IMG/VR virus record: IMGVR_UViG_3300025108_000047
Coordinates: 1 to 60,318 of that record
Length of the DNA stretch: 60,318 nucleotides
Direction: 5' to 3' (one strand)
Source: a virus
Lineage: Duplodnaviria; Caudoviricetes
Part shown: positions 27,488 to 36,965 of the stretch, one piece after another
Layout: the number at the start of each line of letters is the position of its first letter
Position numbering within the stretch: the first letter of the stretch is position 1
Program-made: the position numbers and the translations under genes
The notes under the pieces: generated by a model
Database searches by the model: none
Told to the model about the DNA's origin: nothing
What the model saw: the letters and a program-made list of their open reading frames with translations, nothing else

Positions 27488-27592
27488 AATGTTGTTATTA
27501 AGTTAATTAGTACCCCCCGTTCGGGTTAAGTGTATGTGTAGGGGGGATTGACACATATAGCATCCCTCAACCTCAAACCAAAAAATTTTTTT

Positions 27593-27600
27593 TAACTTTG
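27593..27600 (+). promoter_or_regulatory. Bacteroidetes -7 promoter element TAACTTTG
   Basis: 4 nt before ATG 27605, at the start of the late arm. Confidence 0.65.
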
Positions 27601-27604
27601 GCAA

Positions 27605-27880
27605 ATGATGGAAATGGAAAATGGAAAGATAAACTGCGTTGATGACGTTTGCGTGGTAGACAAATATTACCGTGAGTATAGCGAGCTAATGGCTGACGCT
27701 AATAAAATAAGAGAAAGGTTTAAGGAGGAAGACTTTAAGTTGGTAGAAAAGAAGGAGTACATAATGGACGAACTAATGTTAGAAGATGACTTTAGAAGAA
27801 AGTATGTAAACGTAGCTCAAATATCTTGTATTCCTGGCTATAGATTTATGACTAGACTTATATTAAAACAAATAAGTTAA
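27605..27880 (+). CDS. Hypothetical protein
   Basis: 91-aa first late-arm ORF. Confidence 0.6.
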   Translation: MMEMENGKINCVDDVCVVDKYYREYSELMADANKIRERFKEEDFKLVEKKEYIMDELMLEDDFRRKYVNVAQISCIPGYRFMTRLILKQIS

Positions 27881-27885
27881 ATTTG
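27878..27885 (+). promoter_or_regulatory. Bacteroidetes -7 promoter element TAAATTTG
   Basis: 5 nt before ATG 27891. Confidence 0.6.
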
Positions 27886-27890
27886 CATAT

Positions 27891-28424
27891 ATGTATTTAT
27901 TAAAGGTGAGCAAAAAGGGTAGCATCCACAAGGACGCTGACTCGATTATGGTAATTCCAGAGTTCGTAAATCTTATGAAAGCTGAAGGTATGGGTGAAAC
28001 TGCAATGAAATGGGTTGCGCTTATGCACGACTACGAAAGTCCATACAGATATTTAAGTGTAGACGAAAGGTCGAAGGCAGTTAGTAAGGACTTGTTTGAC
28101 ACGTATGACTGGAACGGCAAAAAAAAATCCGTGCTGCAAGCAGCAGTAGATAAATACAAGAAACTACAATTCGACCCACTAGACGAACAGTTAATAGCAT
28201 TCAATGCTAAAATAGACCAGTTCACTAAGTATATGAATAGTATGATTATTAATGATGATAATGCTGAAAGCTTACAGAAGTTAATGATTGGTATCGAAAA
28301 GATATTAAAGACACGACAGACTTTAGTAGACGTTATTGAAAGGAGGGGTGAGCGTCAAAAGATTGTAGGTGATAAACAACTTAGCTTTTTAGAAAGCAAG
28401 TTAAATAGAGATAATGATAAATAA
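27891..28424 (+). CDS. Putative terminase small subunit
   Basis: 177 aa, helical, overlapping the start of TerL; positional inference. Confidence 0.5.
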   Translation: MYLLKVSKKGSIHKDADSIMVIPEFVNLMKAEGMGETAMKWVALMHDYESPYRYLSVDERSKAVSKDLFDTYDWNGKKKSVLQAAVDKYKKLQFDPLDEQLIAFNAKIDQFTKYMNSMIINDDNAESLQKLMIGIEKILKTRQTLVDVIERRGERQKIVGDKQLSFLESKLNRDNDK

Positions 28425-30228
28425 AGACGTACAAAGATACAGACCTGTTGTTAATAATGGACATCCTGATTTAAGTCCAGACTCTATTTCTTATCAAGAA
28501 TATTGGGAACAAGAAAGAGACAGATGTATTAATGGATACAAGCCAAGAGGAATGGATAAGATTTCTGGCAAGTATTACTTCTACTTAAATTACTTTAAAA
28601 TATTAGGTAACTCTGGAGCTGCTGGAAACAGAAAGACTCTTATTAGTCCTTGGTACAGAGAAATGGATAAAGAGTACTTTGAAACTTTTGAGACTTGCAA
28701 AGACGAAGGAAAAGGTATGATTGTTATTAAAGCCAGAGACAAAGGGTTTAGTTATATGAACTCAGGACTTCTAGCACACGAATTTACATTCTTTCCCTTT
28801 AATGATGTAGGGGTAGCGGCAGGACTTCAGTCTTCAGCAACATCATTCTTTAACAAAGTAAAAAATGGACTTAATAATATACATCCTAACTTTAGGCACT
28901 CATCACTCAAAGATACTGATGAGATTTATAAAGCTGGATACAAGCTTAAAAATAAAGACGGCAAGTGGGAAACTGGGGGATACCAGTCTCAGATTATCTG
29001 TAGAACAATGGATAACCCAGAAGTATTCAAAGGGGAAAGGCTCGGTGTTATGGTTTTTGAAGAAGCAGGGGAATTTAAAAGATTAAAGAACGCATATATG
29101 TCTTCTAAAGCCTGTTTCATGGATGGTGACATTCAATATGGTGTTCCTGTTATTGGTGGAACGGGTGGTGACATTACTAAGTCTTCTAAAGATTTTATGG
29201 AGATGTATTATAATGCAGACGCATTCAACCTTATACCTTCCTTTATACCTGCTAGTAGAGCGTATTACGGATTTTACGACATTGAGTCGGGCATAGAGGA
29301 TGAAGTGGGAGCTAGAAAAAAATTAGAGTCAGACAGAAAAAAGGTCGAGGCCGACCAAAAAGCGTACAACCTTCACTTACAAAACTACCCTATGACTGTG
29401 GAAGAGGCTTTTTTAAATACAAAGTCTAGTAGATTTAATATCTCACTTATTAACCAACAACGTGGTAAAATAATGACTGATACTAAATTAAAAGGTCAAA
29501 TACAAAAAGGAGACTTACACTGGGTGTCTGACGACAACGGAACACTTTCCGTGGAGTTTGAACCTCATCAACACGGGAAATTCAAGATTCTCCACCACCC
29601 GCGAACCAACTTCGTTGGTTTAGACATTGGAGGTGTGGATAGCTATGACCAAGACCAAGCAGGAGCTAGTACGTCTGAGGGGTGCGCGATGATATATAGA
29701 AGATTTTATAATGTAGATGAGCCAGGCGATATGCTTGTAGCTGAGTATACAGACAGGCCAGACAGAAAGGAAGACTTCTACGATGGCGTTTTAAAGTTAG
29801 CAGTATACTATAATGCAAAAATGTTAATAGAATATACAAAAATTGCTATTATAGACTACTTTAAGAAAGAAGGTATGCAAAGTTTGCTAAAAGAAAAGCC
29901 TGCATCAGCACATAATATTAGAACATTAACGCGAAACACCTACGGTGTTCACATGAATAAACAAGTTAAATCTTATATGGAGGATTTAATGGATGATTAT
30001 ATTAAGTCATCTATAAACGACATTTGGTTCTACGACTTACTTGAAGAATTATCACTATATGGACAAAGAAATACTGACCGAGCAATAGCGTTTGGACTAT
30101 GTCTTTTACATAATAATGACAATTATAGAAGGAAAGTTTTGGATGCTGAAGAAAAAATTAGTAAAGAATCGCTAGGATTTCGTAAATTTGCAATGAATAG
30201 CCAAGGTATACCAAAAAAAATACGATAG
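28414..30228 (+). CDS. terL: Terminase large subunit (crAss-like)
   Basis: KARDKGFSY Walker A-like, FEEAG Walker B, GGTGG, GVDSYD nuclease motif and NTDRAIA. Confidence 0.92.
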   Translation: MINKDVQRYRPVVNNGHPDLSPDSISYQEYWEQERDRCINGYKPRGMDKISGKYYFYLNYFKILGNSGAAGNRKTLISPWYREMDKEYFETFETCKDEGKGMIVIKARDKGFSYMNSGLLAHEFTFFPFNDVGVAAGLQSSATSFFNKVKNGLNNIHPNFRHSSLKDTDEIYKAGYKLKNKDGKWETGGYQSQIICRTMDNPEVFKGERLGVMVFEEAGEFKRLKNAYMSSKACFMDGDIQYGVPVIGGTGGDITKSSKDFMEMYYNADAFNLIPSFIPASRAYYGFYDIESGIEDEVGARKKLESDRKKVEADQKAYNLHLQNYPMTVEEAFLNTKSSRFNISLINQQRGKIMTDTKLKGQIQKGDLHWVSDDNGTLSVEFEPHQHGKFKILHHPRTNFVGLDIGGVDSYDQDQAGASTSEGCAMIYRRFYNVDEPGDMLVAEYTDRPDRKEDFYDGVLKLAVYYNAKMLIEYTKIAIIDYFKKEGMQSLLKEKPASAHNIRTLTRNTYGVHMNKQVKSYMEDLMDDYIKSSINDIWFYDLLEELSLYGQRNTDRAIAFGLCLLHNNDNYRRKVLDAEEKISKESLGFRKFAMNSQGIPKKIR

Positions 30229-32493
30229 ATGTACAACACAATTACGTTTCCTAAACAACTACTTAAAGATAGCGAAAAAGACGACCAGTGGTGCGATGCT
30301 ATGATTGACGCAATCATTAGTACCATAAACACTGATGACTCGCCATTGATTCACTCAAGACTTGATGATATAAGAAATTATAACATATACAATGGACACG
30401 TAGACGTAGATGAGTACAGATATGTTACGGAACAATATGGCGCTGCTTACCCAGCTAAACTAGTAAACTACCCTATCATAAGCCCTAAAATAGATTTATT
30501 GATGGGTGAAGATATATCAAGACCTTTACAAAAAAGGGTTACTACTATAAACAAGTCTGCTACTATTAGAAAGATTGACCATAAGATTGCTATTGAACTA
30601 AAGAAATATATTAATGAGCAGCTTGAGGAAATGAAATCAAAAGCTCCAGCAGACATAGACTTAAAGATTGACCAAATACCAATGCCAGATGATGTAGAAA
30701 GATACATGATGTATACCTACAAAGAAGCTGTTGAAGAAGTTGTAGAAGATGGATTAGAGTATGTTATTAATAAGTATAATATGAAAGATGTGTTTAAGTC
30801 TGGATTTAGAGATATGCTTGTTACGTCTAAACAATTTTATAAAGTATACATTAAAAACGGAGACCCATTCCTTAGAAGAGTAGACCCAAGAAATGTAATA
30901 TATGATACAAACTCTGAGTCAGACTTTTTAGATGACGCTCAATGGATTGGTGAAGAAAGATGGCTTTCTGTAAACGAAATACTAGACGAGTACTCTGAGG
31001 TTTTAAAAAGAGATGATATTGCTTTAATAGAGGATATGAGTAGAGTAAACTCATTAAACGCTGCTAACGTATACAATCAAGACTTTGAATGGCTAGACTG
31101 GAACGAAACTACAGGAAGTAGAGTTAGAGTTGTTTCTTGTGAGTGGAAATCTATCAAGCCTATAAAATACAAGGTATCAGAAAACAAATATAATCCAGAA
31201 AAACCTTTTAAGAAGATTGTACCAGATGGATACAAAAGAAGAAAGGGAGACCAAATAGAAACTAGATACATAGATGATATATGGGAAGGAACTAAAGTTG
31301 GTGGTGTTGTTTTAGTTAACTGTAGAAGAAGACCTAACCAAGTACGTTCAGTTGATGACTATGGTTCTACTCCATTATCTTATGTAGGTGTAATTAGAAA
31401 TAATAGTACGGGTAGACCTCAGTCTCTTGTAGACTTACTACACAACATACAAATGTTATATAATATTACTATGTACAACATCGAACTTGCTATGGCTCGT
31501 TCAGGTGGTAAAGCTGTAGTATATGATGTAGCTCAACTACCTACTAATATAGGTATGGACATACAGGATGTAATGTATCACCTTAAAAATGATGGTATTA
31601 TTCCTATAAACTCTAAGGATGAAGGTAATCAAATGGCTACATTTAATCAGTTCCAACAAATAGACTTTACTATTTCTCAGTCTATATCTCAGTTGTTTAA
31701 TCTAAAATTAATGTTAGAAGAAACAGCAGGACAGATTTCTGGTATTAGTAGACAAAGAGCTGGAGCTATTAACACAAGTGAGTATGTAGGTAACGTACAA
31801 AGGTCTGTTCAGCAGTCTGCACTAACTACAGAAACTTGGTTCTTTATGCACAATGAAACTAAAAAAAGATGTTTTGAAAGACTTGCTAACTTAATGAAGC
31901 TTGCTTGGAAAGATGGACATAAAGCTGCTACTATATTAGGTGATGGCGCTCATAAAATTTTAAGTGTAATGCCAGGAGAAATAAATCTTAACGACTACGG
32001 AGTATTTGTAGGAGACACTGGTAAAGAGCAGTCTGACAAACAAATAATAAATCAAGTTGCTCAAGCTGCTATGCAGTCTGGTAAAGCTGGTTTGTTAGAC
32101 GTTCTTAAAGTCTTAAAAGCTGACACAGCTACTGAAGCAGAACATACCTTAGAAAGAGCTATGAAAGTTATGGCTGAACAACAGCAACAACAAATGGCTA
32201 TGCAACAGCAACAAGCTCAAATGCAAGAACAAGCAAGAAGCGCTGAACACGCTAGAAACTTAGAGCTTGAACAAGTTAGAGTTGGAGGTAAGGTTAAAGT
32301 TGCTGAACTTGAAACTGAAGCTAAAAAGAAAATAGCAGATATAAGAGATGATGGAAATAGAGATATTTCTGACATGAAAGAGAAAGCAAAGCTGGCTGGT
32401 ATGCAAGATAGCGGAAAATATCAATTAGGCACACAAGTCCCAAATACTAAACTTCCTAGTGAAACTAAGAGCTTAGACGAGTTATTAGGATAA
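30229..32493 (+). CDS. Portal protein
   Basis: 754 aa directly after TerL; YPIISPKIDLLMGE, ISGISRQR.G and a Q-rich tail. Confidence 0.88.
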   Translation: MYNTITFPKQLLKDSEKDDQWCDAMIDAIISTINTDDSPLIHSRLDDIRNYNIYNGHVDVDEYRYVTEQYGAAYPAKLVNYPIISPKIDLLMGEDISRPLQKRVTTINKSATIRKIDHKIAIELKKYINEQLEEMKSKAPADIDLKIDQIPMPDDVERYMMYTYKEAVEEVVEDGLEYVINKYNMKDVFKSGFRDMLVTSKQFYKVYIKNGDPFLRRVDPRNVIYDTNSESDFLDDAQWIGEERWLSVNEILDEYSEVLKRDDIALIEDMSRVNSLNAANVYNQDFEWLDWNETTGSRVRVVSCEWKSIKPIKYKVSENKYNPEKPFKKIVPDGYKRRKGDQIETRYIDDIWEGTKVGGVVLVNCRRRPNQVRSVDDYGSTPLSYVGVIRNNSTGRPQSLVDLLHNIQMLYNITMYNIELAMARSGGKAVVYDVAQLPTNIGMDIQDVMYHLKNDGIIPINSKDEGNQMATFNQFQQIDFTISQSISQLFNLKLMLEETAGQISGISRQRAGAINTSEYVGNVQRSVQQSALTTETWFFMHNETKKRCFERLANLMKLAWKDGHKAATILGDGAHKILSVMPGEINLNDYGVFVGDTGKEQSDKQIINQVAQAAMQSGKAGLLDVLKVLKADTATEAEHTLERAMKVMAEQQQQQMAMQQQQAQMQEQARSAEHARNLELEQVRVGGKVKVAELETEAKKKIADIRDDGNRDISDMKEKAKLAGMQDSGKYQLGTQVPNTKLPSETKSLDELLG

Positions 32494-32497
32494 ATTG

Positions 32498-32505
32498 TAT
32501 ATTTG
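32498..32505 (+). promoter_or_regulatory. Bacteroidetes -7 promoter element TATATTTG
   Basis: Intergenic, upstream of the scaffold/MCP operon. Confidence 0.65.
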
Positions 32506-32532
32506 CAACGGAGTAACAAAAAAAATTATATT

Positions 32533-33471
32533 ATGAGCGAAGAAAATAAAAGTGCAATAGTAGATAATTCTGAGACAAGTGAAAAGTCTTTTAACCCTAT
32601 TGCTTTTGGAGACAATTTTGTTTCTGAGGAAGCTACGGCTACTGAAGCTGTTGACGGTGAAGTCACTGAAGAAGCGAAAGCTACGGAAGAAAATGCAGAC
32701 GATTGGTCTTTTGAAGAGCAAGAAATTGTTGAAGAATCAAGACCTGGAGACGATGCTGCAAGAGACGATGTTAACTGGGGAGCGATTGCAACACAGCTTG
32801 GACTTGATGGAAAAAGCACTAAAGAAGAAATACAAGCAGCCTTAAAAGGAGTGCAAGACGCTAAAGAAGAGAAGGAAGATAATGCTCCTGAACAAGAATT
32901 TGAGCAGTTCGAGTCTTTGTTAAAGCTAGACGACAGGGGTATAATGGTTGAAGAATTAAAAGCTAGAGGTTTTGGTGAAGGAGAAATAGAAGACTATATA
33001 GATAGACTTGATGACTCTGGAACATTAAAGTATGAAGCTTTAAAAATTCGCAACGATGTTAGAAAGCATATTGTAGAGAAAGAATCTCAAGCAAAAGCTC
33101 AAGTTAAGCTAGAAAAAGAACAACAAGCTGCAAAGGTTGAGGAAAATAAAATTCAACTACAAAAAACTATTAAAGACCGTGAGGACTTTTATGGTTATAG
33201 CTTAGGGAAGGAACAAAAGAAAGAAGTATATAAATACATCACTAGTGGTGATTTTTATAAAGAGTTGAGTTCTTCGCATGAAGAAGTGTTTGAACAAGCG
33301 ATGTTTAAACTGTTCAAAGAACGTGTTATGTCGCTACAGTCTAAAAAAGGATACGAAGACGGTAAGTCCCAAATCCTAGACAACATCACTTCTCCAGACT
33401 TAGGGAGAACTTCAAAACCGAGACCTGTGTCGTCAAAAGCATTTGACCCATCGCAGTTCTCAAGAAAATAG
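32533..33471 (+). CDS. Acidic scaffold-like protein (crAss gene77 position)
   Basis: Very acidic coiled coil between portal and MCP; ATG 32533. Confidence 0.65.
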   Translation: MSEENKSAIVDNSETSEKSFNPIAFGDNFVSEEATATEAVDGEVTEEAKATEENADDWSFEEQEIVEESRPGDDAARDDVNWGAIATQLGLDGKSTKEEIQAALKGVQDAKEEKEDNAPEQEFEQFESLLKLDDRGIMVEELKARGFGEGEIEDYIDRLDDSGTLKYEALKIRNDVRKHIVEKESQAKAQVKLEKEQQAAKVEENKIQLQKTIKDREDFYGYSLGKEQKKEVYKYITSGDFYKELSSSHEEVFEQAMFKLFKERVMSLQSKKGYEDGKSQILDNITSPDLGRTSKPRPVSSKAFDPSQFSRK

Positions 33472-33600
33472 TCGGGTATGTATGAAGCCCGAATGAGATG
33501 ATGCTTAGTCCGAAACAAAGTTTCACTAACAAGTAAAGTCAAGAGTAATTCATGCAAGAGATTTTTAATAATAATAATAATAATATTTAATTCATTTACT

Positions 33601-35100
33601 ATGAAAACATTTAATGGTACTTATGGGGTAAATACTGAAAAAAGCAACTCTCTTGTAGATAATCTTTTGAAGTACCCAGAAATTTCAAAAACATTGGTTC
33701 GTCAGCACCAACGTTATTCTTTAACATATTTATTAGAGCGTGCTGGCCGTTTCTCTAACGCTAAAGTATTAGCTGACAACTCTTACGAGTGGAAAGTATT
33801 AGGTAGAACTAACAAGCCTCTAGTAGGTCATGGTTTCTTTGACTTAAACGATGCGGATGCATATACAGCAACTACAGACAACGCTCAAGATGTTGCAGAC
33901 ACTGCTAATGAAATTTTTTACGCTACGTTTAAAGACAACTCAACAAATGGTCACTATGTTCTTTGTAACAGAAATGATGTTGTAAGATTTAAAGGTGGAG
34001 CTACTGCTTTAGTTTTGGCTGTTATTAATAGCGGTGATGAAAGTGGTTCTGGTATTACTGCTGGTGCTGGTTACAAAGTAGTTAAGTTTAGACTTATTTC
34101 TGGTGACGTTAACGGTTCTGACATCCACGGTGATGTTGTTGCTGGTACTATCGCTTCTGCTTATGGTGAGGCTTCTTTAGGTTCAACTGTAGGTCAAAAC
34201 CAAGTTTACCCAGATACATACAAAAACTGGTTAACTATTTCTCGTAAGAAGAAAAAAGTTACTGGTGGACAATTATCTGACGTTACTTGGATTGAAAACA
34301 ATGGACAAGCTTTATGGTACTTTACTGCTGAAGAATTAATGATTCAAGAGTTTATGTATCAATTAGAGCTTCAAAGATGGTACGGTGTACGTTCTGCTGG
34401 TTTAGGTGGTTCTGTAGGCGCTCCTGGTGAGAACACTGCTTCTACACTTACTGACGCTGACTCTTCTGTTGTACAGACTGGAGACGGTATCTTAGCTCAA
34501 ATTTCTGGTTCTAACGATGGTTCTTATAATAATTCTTTAACTGAAGAGGCTTTAGTAGACTATATGGCTGACCTTTCTAAAAACGCTACTACTGCTGAAG
34601 GTATGGAGTACGTTGTAATGACTGGTACTGAAGGGCGTAAGCAATTCCACAGAGCTATGAAAGATTTATTAGTAGGCCCTGGAACTTCGTCTAACGGAGC
34701 AGGTGGCGCTATGATTTTTGATGCTCAAGCTGGACAAGATGTTGACTTAGGTGTAAACTTTACGTCTTACAACGCTTTAGGTAATAAAATTACTATGGCT
34801 TACTGCCCAGCATTTGACGACCCGAACTTGCACTCTAGTGCTTTAGAAGGTGGAAAAATGGCTTTCTTAGACTTTTCTTCTCAAGGTGATGGTTCAAACA
34901 TTGAACTAGTTGCTAAGGGTGCTGAAGGGTACAACAGAAACTACATCCGTAAGTATGTGCCAGGTATGGTTAATCCTTATGACTTTAAAGGTATGATGGC
35001 TGCTAATGGCGATGATGCTTTCGAATGTCACGTAATGTCTGAATCAGGAATTATTGTAAGAAACCCACTTTCTTGTGGAATCTTTACAAAAGCTTCGTAA
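33601..35100 (+). CDS. Major capsid protein (crAss-like HK97 fold)
   Basis: 499 aa with TGDGIL.QI and TG.EG..QF motifs, codon bias typical of high expression, and crAss gene order. Confidence 0.88.
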   Translation: MKTFNGTYGVNTEKSNSLVDNLLKYPEISKTLVRQHQRYSLTYLLERAGRFSNAKVLADNSYEWKVLGRTNKPLVGHGFFDLNDADAYTATTDNAQDVADTANEIFYATFKDNSTNGHYVLCNRNDVVRFKGGATALVLAVINSGDESGSGITAGAGYKVVKFRLISGDVNGSDIHGDVVAGTIASAYGEASLGSTVGQNQVYPDTYKNWLTISRKKKKVTGGQLSDVTWIENNGQALWYFTAEELMIQEFMYQLELQRWYGVRSAGLGGSVGAPGENTASTLTDADSSVVQTGDGILAQISGSNDGSYNNSLTEEALVDYMADLSKNATTAEGMEYVVMTGTEGRKQFHRAMKDLLVGPGTSSNGAGGAMIFDAQAGQDVDLGVNFTSYNALGNKITMAYCPAFDDPNLHSSALEGGKMAFLDFSSQGDGSNIELVAKGAEGYNRNYIRKYVPGMVNPYDFKGMMAANGDDAFECHVMSESGIIVRNPLSCGIFTKAS

Positions 35101-35115
35101 TTCATATTACACACT

Positions 35116-35148
35116 AATTTGGGGGAGATTAATTTCTCCCTCAATTTT
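35116..35148 (+). terminator. Terminator-like hairpin after MCP
   Basis: TTGGGGGAGA-TTAATT-TCTCCCTCAA followed by TTTT. Confidence 0.7.
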
Positions 35149-35179
35149 AGAACAGGTATTAACAAATTTTTAATTAATT

Positions 35180-35851
35180 ATGAAACATAGAGTACAATTA
35201 TTAGTAGCAGAGCCTAAAAGATTTTCTTCTTTAACGTTGTCTGACTACAAAGACGAAAAAGGAAGGTATGTTAAGTATGAGGACATTAATGGAGAAACTC
35301 CAGGATTGTACAAGATTACAAAAACTAGCTTAGAGTTTGATTATGTTGATGAGCATGATAAAAAACTAGTAGACTTTTTAAGAAATCATCCTTTAAAAAA
35401 TTCTTATCATTTACACGACCTAAAAGTAAACGAAGAAAAAGAAGTGGAAGCTTTATTATCTTCAGCAGACGCCATACTAATTGCTTCTAAAATGGGAATG
35501 GTTGAGACTAACGATTTTGCTAGACTTTGCGGTATACCTTTAGACGCAGACACAGACATTATAAAAGCTAGACTTATTAAAATGGCTAGCATAAGTGCAG
35601 ATAAATTTATGGAGCTTTACACGCATCCAGAAAAAGAAGACATTGTTTTTATTCGTAAAGCTTTAGATAAAGGTGTTATAAGTAAAGATAGAGGTTCTTA
35701 CAAGCATAACAGAGTAGTTATGGGCTTAACAGAAGAAGCTACTATTGTGTGGTTGAAGGAAAATGCCGATATTTACGCTTTAATGAAACAAGAGCTTAGA
35801 GGCAACGTAAGTGTTAAAGTAAAACCAACTAAAAAAAGTAAAGTTAAATAA
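35180..35851 (+). CDS. Conserved crAss-like protein (gene75 position)
   Basis: Follows MCP; IRKALDKGVI motif. Confidence 0.6.
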   Translation: MKHRVQLLVAEPKRFSSLTLSDYKDEKGRYVKYEDINGETPGLYKITKTSLEFDYVDEHDKKLVDFLRNHPLKNSYHLHDLKVNEEKEVEALLSSADAILIASKMGMVETNDFARLCGIPLDADTDIIKARLIKMASISADKFMELYTHPEKEDIVFIRKALDKGVISKDRGSYKHNRVVMGLTEEATIVWLKENADIYALMKQELRGNVSVKVKPTKKSKVK

Positions 35852-36864
35852 TGACGTTTTTAGAAGCTCACAACTTAATGGACTTACTGCTTGATAAAGC
35901 AGACCAAGCATATTTCACGACAGCCGAGAAAGATAAATTTCTTTCTATGGCTATCATGGAATGGTTTGAAGGATTAACTTCAGACTATTTAAAAAATGCA
36001 GGACATGAAAGTCATGAGGGCGGTAAATATGTTCAAAGCGAAGAAAGAACTTTTAAAGAAGATGGTGTAATAAACCTTGCTAATAATACAAAAGCAATTA
36101 CGCCACATCCACTTATTTGGGCAACTGGAACTGTTTATCCTTTTTACAAGTTAATTAATCTTAGAGTTAAGGCTGTTGATGGTAGTTGGGAAAAAGTAAA
36201 TCCCATGAATCCTGGAACTTTAGCTGTTGAAGGTGTTAAAGACCCTTTTAACACTCCTACTGTTGGAAATAGGGTTTATAATTATCACGAAAACAAACTT
36301 AAAATATTTCCAAACACAGATTTAGTTGCTAATGATGCTTTAGTTAGCTTTTCCATAAGTAGTGGAGCTGTGTCTTCAGTTTCAATAATTGATGGAGGAG
36401 CTGGATACACTTCACCACCAGCAGTAACATCTAGGGATAATAGTTCTACAGGAGCAACTTTTACAGCAACTATAAATGGTAGCGGAACCGTTACAAGCGT
36501 TGCTATTACCAGCGCTGGAGCTAATTCTGATATGTCTAGCGGTAGATTAAAAATTGATGAAAGTCCTACTTCTGCTAAATTTCAAATGAATTACTTTACA
36601 TATCCATTGCTTTCTAATGTAGCTGGAGGAAATAGTGGCGGAGTATCTGCTGAAACTATAGCAACCTCTAATGCTCAGTTAGGAGCAACAACAATGGCTT
36701 ACGCTCCATACGAGTGGTCTGATGGAGGAAGCTCTATATCAAACCTAGGAGCTGCACCAAGAGAAGCAGACAATATTGTAAAAATAGCTGTAAGAATGAT
36801 GACTGCAAACATAGAAAGTCCTCTTTACCAAACTAATTCAATCGAAGGGAAACGAAGTGAATAA
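35851..36864 (+). CDS. Tail ring/adaptor protein (gene74 position) with a beta-rich insertion
   Basis: LDKAD..YF...EKD.FL N-terminus and an IVKIAV C-terminus. Confidence 0.6.
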   Translation: MTFLEAHNLMDLLLDKADQAYFTTAEKDKFLSMAIMEWFEGLTSDYLKNAGHESHEGGKYVQSEERTFKEDGVINLANNTKAITPHPLIWATGTVYPFYKLINLRVKAVDGSWEKVNPMNPGTLAVEGVKDPFNTPTVGNRVYNYHENKLKIFPNTDLVANDALVSFSISSGAVSSVSIIDGGAGYTSPPAVTSRDNSSTGATFTATINGSGTVTSVAITSAGANSDMSSGRLKIDESPTSAKFQMNYFTYPLLSNVAGGNSGGVSAETIATSNAQLGATTMAYAPYEWSDGGSSISNLGAAPREADNIVKIAVRMMTANIESPLYQTNSIEGKRSE

Positions 36865-36953
36865 AAATATTAAAGAGGCTCTTTTTGTTTCTCCTTGTTC
36901 GAAAGTAGGTGGATTCACTATTAGTGATGAAGCCTATTTTCATTTAATTTAAT

Positions 36954-36961
36954 TAACTTTG
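36954..36961 (+). promoter_or_regulatory. Bacteroidetes -7 promoter element TAACTTTG
   Basis: 4 nt before ATG 36966. Confidence 0.7.
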
Positions 36962-36965
36962 CAAC

